Source: Bacteroidales bacterium (GTDB lineage Bacteria; Bacteroidota; Bacteroidia; Bacteroidales; VadinHA17). From it: DNA of 63,468 nucleotides. The position numbers and the translations under genes were made by a program. Below, one piece after another: positions 30,227 to 39,951 of the stretch. A model generated the notes under the pieces. That model worked only from the letters and a program-made list of their open reading frames with translations. It made no database searches and was not told the DNA's origin. Within the stretch, counting starts at the first letter, position 1, and each line of letters opens with the position of its first letter. The stretch covers positions 1 through 63,468 of the forward strand of contig JAUVKT010000004.1 of assembly GCA_030596125.1 (NCBI GenBank). The letters run 5' to 3'.

Positions 30227-30342
30227 GTCGTACCCCGAGTCGTGCTCCGACCCGTCAAGCAACGCCGGGCGGGCTCCAGTTCGGGTTACGACTGATGCTG
30301 GCAACCCACAACTCGTAGCCCGGACTGAAGCCGGACTACGAG
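30227..30342. repeat. GC-rich REP-like hairpin element, copy C (long, composite form)
   Basis: Arms GTCGTACCCCGA and GTCGTGCTCCGA, a loop, the reverse arm TCGGGTTACGAC (30281-30292), TGATGCTG, then a second hairpin CTCGTAGCCCGG-ACTGAAG-CCGGACTACGAG (30312-30342). Confidence 0.8.
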
Positions 30343-30389
30343 GAATAACTATCATGTGTTTGTTTAAATCATTCTGAAAAGCTTATTTT

Positions 30390-31175
30390 GTGGTTGTTAT
30401 GACCGGAGTTAGACCAAAAAAGCATCTTGGTCAGCATTTTTTGACTGACAAGGCCACAGCAAAAAGGATTGCCGATACCTTAATGCTGGAAGGTGTTGAT
30501 TCACTTCTTGAAGTTGGACCAGGAACCGGTATGCTAACCGGCTTTCTTTTAGAGAAGGGAGTTCCTGACTTCAGAGTTATTGAGATAGATAATGAGTCGG
30601 TTGAATATTTGAACAGTGCCTACCCTGAACTTGATATTATCAAGGGAGACTTTCTGAAGTATGACCTGAATGCCAACTTTGAAAGCAAAGTGGCAATTAT
30701 TGGAAATTTTCCTTTTAATATATCGAGTCAGATATTTTTTAAAGTTCTGGAAAACAGGGATAAAGTTTCACAGCTTGCAGGGATGATACAAAAGGAGGTG
30801 GCTGAAAGAATTGTGGCAGGCCCGGGGTCAAAAACTTATGGTATATTAAGTGTTCTGCTCAAATATTATTATAATATAGAGTATCTTTTTACAGTTCCTC
30901 CCGATGTTTTTAAGCCGAGACCAAAAGTTGAGGCAGCCGTTATCAGGATGAGCCGAAATGATAGCACGGGCCCTGCATGTGACGAAAAATTGCTAAAAAG
31001 GGTTGTTAAGGCTACCTTTAACCATCGTAGAAAAATGATCAGAAATTCAATAAGGTCAGCGTTTGATATTGGAGAGGAGCAGATGAATCTGTTTAAATTG
31101 AGACCCGAGCAGATTGATCTGGATGATTTTGTAAATCTTACAAACTGGGTGGAAGAGGTATTAAACAAGAAATAA
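30390..31175 (+). CDS. rsmA: 16S rRNA (adenine1518/1519-N6)-dimethyltransferase
   Basis: The KKHLGQHFL opening, the SAM motif LLEVGPGTGMLT and the IGNFPFNISS motif. The true start may be ATG 30399 rather than GTG 30390. Confidence 0.92.
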   Translation: MVVMTGVRPKKHLGQHFLTDKATAKRIADTLMLEGVDSLLEVGPGTGMLTGFLLEKGVPDFRVIEIDNESVEYLNSAYPELDIIKGDFLKYDLNANFESKVAIIGNFPFNISSQIFFKVLENRDKVSQLAGMIQKEVAERIVAGPGSKTYGILSVLLKYYYNIEYLFTVPPDVFKPRPKVEAAVIRMSRNDSTGPACDEKLLKRVVKATFNHRRKMIRNSIRSAFDIGEEQMNLFKLRPEQIDLDDFVNLTNWVEEVLNKK

Positions 31176-31186
31176 ACTGAGGAATC

Positions 31187-32557
31187 ATGGCCAGACGGTT
31201 AGAAATTACAAAGGAATTCATATTTGCTCTGAAAGAGTCGGTAAGGGAAAATGATGAGAATGTGGCAATTAAGCTGCTGGGAGATATGCATGCTGCCGAT
31301 ATTGCTGAAATATATAACGAACTGAATATTGAAGGTGCAAGATTCCTTTTCCTTTTGCTCGATGGTGAAAAGGCATCTGATGTTCTGGCCGAACTTGATG
31401 AGGACGACAGGGAACAATTCCTGAAGGTTCTCCCCAGTGAAGTTATAGCCCAGAAGTTTATTGATCATATGGATTCCGATGATGCTGCGGATGTTATTGG
31501 TGATCTGTCGGAAGAGAAACAGCAGGAGGTGCTGTTACATATCGATGATGTAGAACAGGCTGGCGATATTGTTGACCTGTTGTCGTACGATGAGGATACT
31601 GCCGGGGGGCTGATGGCGAAGGAGATGATCGAAGTGAACGAGAACTGGACTATCCTTACCTGCCTTAAAGAATTGGCCAGACAGGCAGATGAAGTAGATG
31701 AAGTGTATTATCTCTATGTAATTGATAACGATAATTTACTTAAGGGGATAGTCTCCCTGAAGAAGATGTTGCTTACCAATAATGCCACAAAGATAAACTC
31801 AATCGTAGATGAAGACATTATGTCAGTTAAGACTGATACTTCAAGCGAAGAGGTAGCAATGATTATGGACAAATACGATCTTGTTGCACTGCCTGTAGTT
31901 GATTCAATCGGACGTCTTGTGGGAAGGATTACAATCGATGACGTAGTTGATGTAATCAGGGAAGAGGCTGAAAAAGACTATCAGATGGCTTCGGGTCTTA
32001 CGGAAGATGTTGAATCATCTGATAAAGTGCTTCGCATAACACGTGCCAGGCTACCCTGGTTGCTGATTGGACTGGCAGGAGGAATCCTCGGTGCAATGGT
32101 GTTGGGAAAGTTTGAGTCGAGTCTGAAGATATACCCCGAAATGATCTTTTTTATTCCCTTGATTGCGGCAATGGGCGGAAATGTTGGGATACAGTCGTCA
32201 GCCCTGATTGTTCAGGGTCTGGCGAATAAAACTTTGCGCACCGACAGGACGATTCAAAAACTAGGTAAGGAATTTATTGTGGCTTTGGTAAACGGACTTT
32301 TGCTTGCCGGGCTAATTTTTCTTTATAACTTTTTTACAAGTGATTCATTCGCGCTTACTATTACAGTAAGCATTTCGCTTGTATCGGTTATTATCTTTGC
32401 TGCCCTTGTCGGCACAACCATACCATTAGTGCTGAACAGGTATAAGATCGATCCGGCAGTAGCAACAGGGCCATTTATCACGACAATGAATGATGTTTTA
32501 GGGTTACTTATATATATGCTAATAGGAAGAGGATTGTATGCTGTTTTTACTGGCTGA
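31187..32557 (+). CDS. mgtE: Magnesium transporter MgtE
   Basis: N-terminal MgtE-N domain, tandem CBS domains and a C-terminal 5-TM channel with the GGNVGIQSS motif. Confidence 0.93.
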   Translation: MARRLEITKEFIFALKESVRENDENVAIKLLGDMHAADIAEIYNELNIEGARFLFLLLDGEKASDVLAELDEDDREQFLKVLPSEVIAQKFIDHMDSDDAADVIGDLSEEKQQEVLLHIDDVEQAGDIVDLLSYDEDTAGGLMAKEMIEVNENWTILTCLKELARQADEVDEVYYLYVIDNDNLLKGIVSLKKMLLTNNATKINSIVDEDIMSVKTDTSSEEVAMIMDKYDLVALPVVDSIGRLVGRITIDDVVDVIREEAEKDYQMASGLTEDVESSDKVLRITRARLPWLLIGLAGGILGAMVLGKFESSLKIYPEMIFFIPLIAAMGGNVGIQSSALIVQGLANKTLRTDRTIQKLGKEFIVALVNGLLLAGLIFLYNFFTSDSFALTITVSISLVSVIIFAALVGTTIPLVLNRYKIDPAVATGPFITTMNDVLGLLIYMLIGRGLYAVFTG

Positions 32558-32559
32558 GA

Positions 32560-33810
32560 TCAGAAACTAAAACCTATTGCATCAACAGGATTCATTTTTG
32601 CTGCCGACCATGCCGGTGCATACCCGGCAATTACTCCTATGGTTACTGATATCATCAGGGCTACAAAAAAATTTCCAAAAGTAAGGTTAATACTTAGTTC
32701 CCAGAGGTAGTTGACCACCTGTGTTCCGATAAGTACCAGGAGGAGACCGAGCAGTCCGCCAAGTATCGACAGTATTATCGACTCATAAAGGAATTGCCAG
32801 AGGATAAATGATCTCTTTGCACCCAATGCTTTCTGTATTCCTATTATGCTTGTGCGCTCCTTTACAGATACAAACATTATGTTGGCAATCCCGAATCCTC
32901 CGACAAGAATGGAGAATCCCCCTATTATCCAGCCACCGACATTTAGACCTGCAAAAAATGATTGAAAGATCTGAGTAGCAAGACTTGCCTTGTTAACTGA
33001 AAAATTACTTGTCTCATCCGGCTGGAGACGCCTTGATGCCCGCAGGATCATAATTGTTTCATCGGTAAGCTCAACAACAGAAACCCCTTCACGTGATTTT
33101 AGCATTATGTTCGAATCAACAAACCTGTTTCTGAGGTTAATCATGTTCTTTGCAAACTCGATCGGGATAAGGGTCATTTCATCCATACCGCTATCGCTCA
33201 GTCCTCCCTCTCCCTCTTTTTTAAAAACACCTATTATTGTTGCTTTATGTCCGCCTACTGATATCACCTTTCCGACAGGATTTACAATATCAAAAATCGT
33301 TTCTGCAATTACTGCGCCTATAATTGCCACATTCTTACCGGAAGAGCTCTCATAAGGAGAAAAGTAGCGACCCTTTTCAATCTCAAACGATCTGACATCC
33401 TCAAATTCATGGGTTGTAGCCCATATACGTGCATTGTCAGCAACCTTATTACGGTATTTGAGAGATCTTGCATAGATTACCGAGTAGGCCGCAGCCTGCG
33501 TTTTTGTTGATCTTTTCTTGATAGCCTTATAATCATCCATAGATGGCGCCGGCCAGTTAATAATATCCCACCATGCAAGATCCGGATCCATCGTCCATGG
33601 GAACTTTTGGATGTAGATAACATCATCTCCGAGAGTTGCAATGTTCTCACGGATAGCACTCTCCATCCAGTCGAGAACGGTAAATACGGAGATTATGGTA
33701 AAAATACCGATGGCAATACCAAAGAGCGATAGAAATGTTCTTAGCTTATTTACAACTATTGAATGAAGCGCAAACAGAAAACCCTCCTTAAGTAATCGAA
33801 AAAATATCAT
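32560..33810 (-). CDS. ABC transporter permease, MacB/FtsX-like (no cognate ATPase adjacent)
   Basis: 416 aa: N-terminal TM, a large periplasmic MacB-type domain and a C-terminal FtsX-type 3-TM bundle. Confidence 0.85.
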   Translation of the reverse strand: MIFFRLLKEGFLFALHSIVVNKLRTFLSLFGIAIGIFTIISVFTVLDWMESAIRENIATLGDDVIYIQKFPWTMDPDLAWWDIINWPAPSMDDYKAIKKRSTKTQAAAYSVIYARSLKYRNKVADNARIWATTHEFEDVRSFEIEKGRYFSPYESSSGKNVAIIGAVIAETIFDIVNPVGKVISVGGHKATIIGVFKKEGEGGLSDSGMDEMTLIPIEFAKNMINLRNRFVDSNIMLKSREGVSVVELTDETIMILRASRRLQPDETSNFSVNKASLATQIFQSFFAGLNVGGWIIGGFSILVGGFGIANIMFVSVKERTSIIGIQKALGAKRSFILWQFLYESIILSILGGLLGLLLVLIGTQVVNYLWELSINLTFGNFFVALMISVTIGVIAGYAPAWSAAKMNPVDAIGFSF

Positions 33811-34186
33811 ATATTAAATCATTCATTATTTTCCAATTTTCTCAAAGATAATGAATATAGCCTGAATAATTACCTCCGGTGAGCTCTACTTCGTTCCGGT
33901 TCACAAATTGATCTATTGCGAAGTCAAATTACTGTGATTAAAGGCAATGCTCGATTTTTGATTCTCAATATAGCTATGGCTATGTCTGTGAGTCTCAAAT
34001 CTGCGCTTACCTTTACTCTTTGTACTTTAACTTCTCATGACGAAAAACTTATAAATTAATCAGGCTAAAGTGAACAATTATTATCTGACTGCCTGAAAAA
34101 GGCTTAATAGATTGGTTGACAATAAAAAAATATCTATTTTTATTTGCCTTAAAAAACAATGACCATATTATTGTATATAATTGATA

Positions 34187-35710
34187 ATGAGAGAAAAAAG
34201 AATTAGGTCGGCACTTATATCGGTTTACCATAAGGAGGGACTCGACAGGATTACAGGTAAGCTTGACAGATTAGGTGTAAAGATTATTTCAACAGGTGGC
34301 ACACAAAAGTTCATAAGCGGGATGGGTGTTGATGTTGAATCTGTAGAAGACCTTACAACATATCCTTCAATTCTTGGAGGAAGGGTGAAGACTCTCCACC
34401 CGAAAGTTTTTGGTGGAATACTGGCTCGCAGGGATAACAAGGAGGACATTGATCAACTAAAGCAATTTGGCATTCCTGCAATAGACCTGATTATTGTGGA
34501 CCTCTACCCGTTTGAGGAAACAGTAGCATCAGGTGCCGGTGAACAGGATGTGATTGAGAAGATTGATATAGGTGGTATATCACTTATCAGGGCAGCAGCC
34601 AAAAACTACCGGGATACTCTTATTGTTTCTGAAAGGGGACAGTATGACCATTTGTATGAACTTCTTGAGAGTGGTGAGGGTGTAACAACATTAACTGAAC
34701 GCAGGCGTTTTGCTGCAGAAGCATTTGATGTGTCATCAGATTACGATAGTGCCATCTTCAACTATTTTAACATGGAGGAAGGTATTGCTTCATTTAAAGA
34801 GAGCAGGCGCCAGGTGAAAAAACTGAGATACGGAGAGAATCCACACCAGGAAGGTGCATTTTATGGCAGGCTAAATGACCTGTTTGAGCAGGTTCACGGG
34901 AGGGAGATCTCTTATAATAACCTGCTCGATATTGATGCTGCAGTAAACCTGATATCAGAATTTGATGAAACAACATTTGCAATACTGAAGCATAATAATG
35001 CTTGCGGTATTGCTACAAGGAATAAACTCTCCGATGCATGGAAAGATGCTCTGGCAGGTGACCCTGTCTCTGCTTTTGGCGGAGTTCTGATCACTAACAG
35101 GGTAGTTGATGATGTGACTGCTGCCGAAATTGATAATCTTTTCTTTGAGGTAATTATAGCTCCGGAATATGACGATAAAGCGCTGGAGATATTAAAGAAG
35201 AAAAAGAACAGGATTATTTTGAAATTGCAAGGTCAGCCCACCGGTAAAGGAAGTTTCAGAACTGTTCTGAACGGAGTTTTATGGCAGGAGAAGGATACCC
35301 GTACCGAGGGCGTCTCTGATATGAATCCTGCAACTAAGACTGTGCCTTCTGCAAGCCAGATGGAAGATCTTGTTTTTGCCAATAAGATAGTTAAACACAG
35401 TAAGTCCAATACTATTGTTCTCGCAGGCAACAGACAACTGTTTGGTAGCGGGGTTGGTATGACATCGCGTATCGATGCGCTTAAGCATGCGGTAGAAAAG
35501 TCAAAAGGCTTTGGCTTTGACCTTACAAAGGCAGTGATGGCATCTGATGCATTTTTCCCCTTCCGGGATAGTGTTGAAATTGCAGGGAAAGAGGGAATTA
35601 CTGCTGTTATTCAGCCAGGGGGATCGGTAAGGGATAATGAATCAATTGATTATTGTGACGCTAATGGAATGTCGATGGTATTTACCGGCATAAGACATTT
35701 CAGACATTAA
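34187..35710 (+). CDS. purH: Bifunctional AICAR transformylase / IMP cyclohydrolase
   Basis: SALISVYHKEGL...STGGT...GGRVKTLHP motifs along the full PurH length. I prefer ATG 34187 over the track's TTG 34181. Confidence 0.95.
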   Translation: MREKRIRSALISVYHKEGLDRITGKLDRLGVKIISTGGTQKFISGMGVDVESVEDLTTYPSILGGRVKTLHPKVFGGILARRDNKEDIDQLKQFGIPAIDLIIVDLYPFEETVASGAGEQDVIEKIDIGGISLIRAAAKNYRDTLIVSERGQYDHLYELLESGEGVTTLTERRRFAAEAFDVSSDYDSAIFNYFNMEEGIASFKESRRQVKKLRYGENPHQEGAFYGRLNDLFEQVHGREISYNNLLDIDAAVNLISEFDETTFAILKHNNACGIATRNKLSDAWKDALAGDPVSAFGGVLITNRVVDDVTAAEIDNLFFEVIIAPEYDDKALEILKKKKNRIILKLQGQPTGKGSFRTVLNGVLWQEKDTRTEGVSDMNPATKTVPSASQMEDLVFANKIVKHSKSNTIVLAGNRQLFGSGVGMTSRIDALKHAVEKSKGFGFDLTKAVMASDAFFPFRDSVEIAGKEGITAVIQPGGSVRDNESIDYCDANGMSMVFTGIRHFRH

Positions 35711-35736
35711 TTTTTAAATATATAAAACAGTTGCTA

Positions 35737-36759
35737 ATGGGGATATTTTCATTTTTGACACAAGAGCTTGCTATTGATCTGGGGACTGCTAATACAATTA
35801 TTATTCATAATGACAAGATAGTTGTTGATGAGCCATCAATTGTAGCAGTAGATAAGAATACGGGTAAGCTGATTGCAATAGGGGAGAGGGCCAGGCAGAT
35901 GCATGGAAAGACACACGATAGTATAGTTACTATAAGGCCTTTGAGAGATGGTGTGATTGCAGACTTTAATGCTGCAGAGCAGATGATGAGGGGGATGATC
36001 AAGATGATAAACAAAGGTTCCAGTCTGTTTACCCCTTCTCTTAAAATGGTAGTTTGTATACCTTCGGGGAGCACAGAAGTAGAAGTAAGAGCGGTTAGAG
36101 ACTCATCAGAACATGCCGGGGGTCGTGATGTTTACCTGATCTATGAGCCAATGGCTGCAGCAATTGGAATAGGGCTGGATGTTGAAGCCCCTGAGGGGTG
36201 TATGGTTATAGATATAGGAGGGGGAACAACAGAGATTGCTGTTATCGCTCTCGGAGGGATTGTTTGTAATAAGTCTATCAGGACAGCCGGTGACGGATTC
36301 ACAACGGATATTCAGGCATATATGAGACATCAGCATAATATTAAGGTTGGAGAAAGAACTGCCGAAGATATTAAGATTAATGTTGGCGCTGCGTTGCCTG
36401 ATATCGAAGACCATCCTGCTGATTATATAGTTCGCGGTCCGAATTTAATGACTGCCATGCCTATTGAAATACCGGTATCATACCAGGAGATTGCTCATTG
36501 TCTTGATAAATCGATATCAAAAATTGAGACAGCAATTCTTGGTGTGCTTGAACAGACTCCGCCGGAACTTTATGCCGATATAGTAGGTAAGGGAATCTAT
36601 ATGGCCGGAGGAGGAGCTTTATTAAGGGGGCTTTCAAAAAGATTTAGTGACAAGATATGTATTCCATTTAAGATGGCTGAGGATCCTCTGCATGCAGTGG
36701 CGAGGGGAACAGGCGTCGCTTTGAAGAATGTTGATAACTTTTCATTTCTGATGAGATAA
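35737..36759 (+). CDS. mreB: Rod shape-determining protein MreB
   Basis: Actin-fold motifs IDLGTANT and DIGGGTTE. I prefer ATG 35737 (MGIFSFL..) over TTG 35731. Confidence 0.95.
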   Translation: MGIFSFLTQELAIDLGTANTIIIHNDKIVVDEPSIVAVDKNTGKLIAIGERARQMHGKTHDSIVTIRPLRDGVIADFNAAEQMMRGMIKMINKGSSLFTPSLKMVVCIPSGSTEVEVRAVRDSSEHAGGRDVYLIYEPMAAAIGIGLDVEAPEGCMVIDIGGGTTEIAVIALGGIVCNKSIRTAGDGFTTDIQAYMRHQHNIKVGERTAEDIKINVGAALPDIEDHPADYIVRGPNLMTAMPIEIPVSYQEIAHCLDKSISKIETAILGVLEQTPPELYADIVGKGIYMAGGGALLRGLSKRFSDKICIPFKMAEDPLHAVARGTGVALKNVDNFSFLMR

Positions 36760-36773
36760 CCGGGGGGATTTTA

Positions 36774-37604
36774 ATGAGAAGTCTGCTAAACTTCTTACTT
36801 AGGTACCAAAATATTATAATACTGCTCCTGCTTGAAGCAGCAGCATTCTATTTGCTTGCTAACAGCACCTCTTACCATAATGCTAAAATAACAAATAGTC
36901 TCAGAGGATGTGAGACCGCTATGCAGGAAAAAGTAGCAAACTTTGTTGAGTATTTTAAGCTGAGGGAGATTAATAATACTTTGTCAGAGGAGAACACGCG
37001 GTTAAGAAACACGCTGGAAAGGACTTACAGTAACAGTGAGATCAGTTTTTTTGCTGTTAATGATTCTGTTCAGAGACAGCAGTATGTATATACCCAAGCC
37101 TATGTGGTGAACCAATCTCTAACAAAACAGAAGAATTTTTTTACTTTAAATAAAGGTACAAGTCACGGTATTGATGAGGGAATGGCTGTGGTTGGTCCGG
37201 ATGGTATTGCCGGTGTTATTGTGGGGGTAGACAAAAACTTTTCAGTTGCAATGTCGTTACTGAATCTTGATTTCAGACTGAGTGCCAGGTTTAGAAAAAA
37301 TGGGTATTTCGGATCACTGAACTGGAAAGGTCTTGACAGATCGCTGTTGTCATTTGATGAAATACCACATCACTTAATAGTTAATATCGGGGATACAATT
37401 GAGACCAGCGGTTTTTCTGCTCTTTTCCCGGCCGGCCTTATGGTAGGTTGTGTATCGGGGTTTGATGATAAGGATGGTGACTTTTATAATATTGATGTGA
37501 AACTTGCAACAGATTTTCATAACCTAAACTATATCTATATAATAGGGAACCTGAAAAGATATGAGCAGGTTACCCTTGAAGAGAGCATTGAAGAAATAAA
37601 GTGA
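36774..37604 (+). CDS. mreC: Rod shape-determining protein MreC
   Basis: N-terminal TM, a coiled coil, then the MreC beta-barrel region (GMAVVGPDGIAGVI). Position between mreB and mreD. Confidence 0.85.
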   Translation: MRSLLNFLLRYQNIIILLLLEAAAFYLLANSTSYHNAKITNSLRGCETAMQEKVANFVEYFKLREINNTLSEENTRLRNTLERTYSNSEISFFAVNDSVQRQQYVYTQAYVVNQSLTKQKNFFTLNKGTSHGIDEGMAVVGPDGIAGVIVGVDKNFSVAMSLLNLDFRLSARFRKNGYFGSLNWKGLDRSLLSFDEIPHHLIVNIGDTIETSGFSALFPAGLMVGCVSGFDDKDGDFYNIDVKLATDFHNLNYIYIIGNLKRYEQVTLEESIEEIK

Positions 37605-37611
37605 TTAAGAA

Positions 37612-38118
37612 ATGATTACAGGTATAATTAAAAATACGGGTCTTTTTATTTTTCTGTTACTGCTACAGATCCTGCTGATGGATAATATTGAATTTAGCGG
37701 GTATGTAAATCCGTATATCTATCTTCTGTTTATTATACTTCTTCCTGTGGAGATCCCTGCATGGTTGCTGCTTATTCTCTCTTTTTTTACCGGACTGTCT
37801 GTTGACCTGTTTAACGGAACGCCTGGCATGCATGCCTCGGCAACCACATTCGCCGGATTTGTACGTCCTTATATATTAAGGATCCTGGCCCCAAGGGATG
37901 GTTATGACACCGGGGTATTACCTGTGCCCGGAGCGTATGGATGGAGATGGTTTCTTGTTTATGTTATATTAATAGTGACAATACATCATTTTGCCCTCTT
38001 TTACATTGAGGTTTTCAGGCTGGCTTATTTTTTCAGTACATTGTTGCGAGTCCTGCTCAGCTCTCTCTTTAGCATCGGATTTATCTTAATTATTCAATTA
38101 TTGATTGTTAAACGATAG
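37612..38118 (+). CDS. mreD: Rod shape-determining protein MreD
   Basis: 168-aa polytopic membrane protein in the canonical position after mreC. Confidence 0.75.
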   Translation: MITGIIKNTGLFIFLLLLQILLMDNIEFSGYVNPYIYLLFIILLPVEIPAWLLLILSFFTGLSVDLFNGTPGMHASATTFAGFVRPYILRILAPRDGYDTGVLPVPGAYGWRWFLVYVILIVTIHHFALFYIEVFRLAYFFSTLLRVLLSSLFSIGFILIIQLLIVKR

Positions 38119-38121
38119 GTA

Positions 38122-39951
38122 GTGCCAGATATTAAGGATATATATTCAAACAGGAGATTCTTTTTCTTCGGAGTTATCTTTCTGGTTGTGATGGTAATCC
38201 TTATTAAGCTTTTTATAATCCAGGTTGTTGATACATCTTACAGACTTTCTGCCGAAAATAATGTACTGAGGCATGTTACACAATACCCGGCAAGGGGGTT
38301 GATATATGATCGTAACGGGAATTTGCTGGTTTATAACCAGGCTGCTTATGACCTTATGGTTATACCCGGTCAGACTACTGAAACAGACACATCACTTTTA
38401 TGCACAATCCTTGATATTACAAAAGAGTCATTCCTTGAGAGACTCTCTGTGGCGAGTGATTATTCTCTATATGCACCATCTGTCTTTTTGAAAATGGTCT
38501 CAACAGAAACATATGCCCGGTTGCAGGAGTTACTTTATAAATATCCGGGGTTTTATGTCCAGAGACGTACATTACGGAGATATTCATATCCTGTGGCTGC
38601 CCATGTTTTGGGGTATGTAAGTGAGGTAGATGCAGATGATATTAAGTCAGACAGTTATTATAAGATGGGCGACTATATCGGGGCAAGTGGAATTGAGGTA
38701 GCTTATGAAAAGGAGTTAAGAGGGAGAAAAGGTCTGAAAATCCTGCTTGTAGATGTGCATAACAGGATAAAGGGATCTTACCAGAACGGGCGTTATGATT
38801 CTGTTCCTGTGCCGGGGAGAGATATTGTGTTAACCATTGATATTGAATTGCAGCAGTATGGAGAGAAACTCTTGAAAAACAAAAATGGAAGTATCGTTGC
38901 CATTGAACCATCTACCGGTGAGCTTCTCGCACTCGTAACAGCACCAAATTACGATCCTTCATTGCTGGTTGGCAGGATCAGGTCTGACAATTTCAGGGCT
39001 CTTCGGAGAGATACCCTTGAGCCACTGTTTAACCGTGCCGTTATGGCTTCATATCCTCCCGGATCAACATTTAAACCGGTGAATGGATTAATTGCGCTTC
39101 AGGAGGGTGTAATAAGCAGAGGATATGAGTACTTCTGTGATAATGGTTACTATGCCCGCGGGGTCTATGTAAGATGTCACCATTTCGAAGCCTTTAATCT
39201 GCCTGAAGCCATAATGACATCATGTAATTCCTATTTCTGTAATGCGTTCAGGCGAATACTTGAAAATCCTGAATATGAGACTATAGCAGATGCCTTTAGC
39301 AAGTGGAAGTCTTACCTTTCCCGGTTTGGTTTTGGGTCGAAGCTTGGAAGTGATATTAGAAATGAATTACCTGGTTTTGTCCCGGAGACAAAATATTATG
39401 ACCGGTTTTATGGAGAGGGCAGATGGAAGGCTCTGACGGTACTATCCCTTGCTATTGGTCAGGGCGAACTGGGAACCACACCACTACAGATAGCAAATAT
39501 GACTGCTGCCATTGCTAACAGGGGTTATTATTATATCCCGCATATTGCAAAATCTATAGATGGCAGTAAAGATAATATTAGTCCGTTGTTCAGGCAAAAA
39601 CACAATATTGGTATTGACTCATCCCATTTTGAGGTTATTGTTGAGGGGATGAAGGCAGTAGTAAATGGCCCTCAAGGCGCTACTGCAAGGTGGGTGGCTT
39701 TGAAAGATATTGTGGTTTGCGGCAAGACCGGTACAGCCGAAAATCCACATGGCCCTGATCACTCGGTATTTATTGCTTTTGCTCCTGCTGACGATCCCAA
39801 AATTGCGATAGCAGTTTATGTTGAAAACAGTGGGTTTGGATCAACTTATGCTGCACCGGCAGCAACACTGATGATAGAAAAATATCTGAAGGGCGAAATA
39901 TCAAACCAGTGGCTCGAAGATTACATATTAAGAACCGATAATAACAGGTGA
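38122..39951 (+). CDS. mrdA: Penicillin-binding protein 2 (elongasome transpeptidase)
   Basis: The PBP dimerisation domain is followed by a transpeptidase domain with the STFK, SCN and KTGT motifs. GTG start. Confidence 0.92.
   Translation: MPDIKDIYSNRRFFFFGVIFLVVMVILIKLFIIQVVDTSYRLSAENNVLRHVTQYPARGLIYDRNGNLLVYNQAAYDLMVIPGQTTETDTSLLCTILDITKESFLERLSVASDYSLYAPSVFLKMVSTETYARLQELLYKYPGFYVQRRTLRRYSYPVAAHVLGYVSEVDADDIKSDSYYKMGDYIGASGIEVAYEKELRGRKGLKILLVDVHNRIKGSYQNGRYDSVPVPGRDIVLTIDIELQQYGEKLLKNKNGSIVAIEPSTGELLALVTAPNYDPSLLVGRIRSDNFRALRRDTLEPLFNRAVMASYPPGSTFKPVNGLIALQEGVISRGYEYFCDNGYYARGVYVRCHHFEAFNLPEAIMTSCNSYFCNAFRRILENPEYETIADAFSKWKSYLSRFGFGSKLGSDIRNELPGFVPETKYYDRFYGEGRWKALTVLSLAIGQGELGTTPLQIANMTAAIANRGYYYIPHIAKSIDGSKDNISPLFRQKHNIGIDSSHFEVIVEGMKAVVNGPQGATARWVALKDIVVCGKTGTAENPHGPDHSVFIAFAPADDPKIAIAVYVENSGFGSTYAAPAATLMIEKYLKGEISNQWLEDYILRTDNNR

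Noticed and set aside
33811-34186. A ZTP or purine riboswitch upstream of purH
   Set aside because: I could not find the conserved cores of either class on the purH strand. The region is reported only as an unusually long leader.
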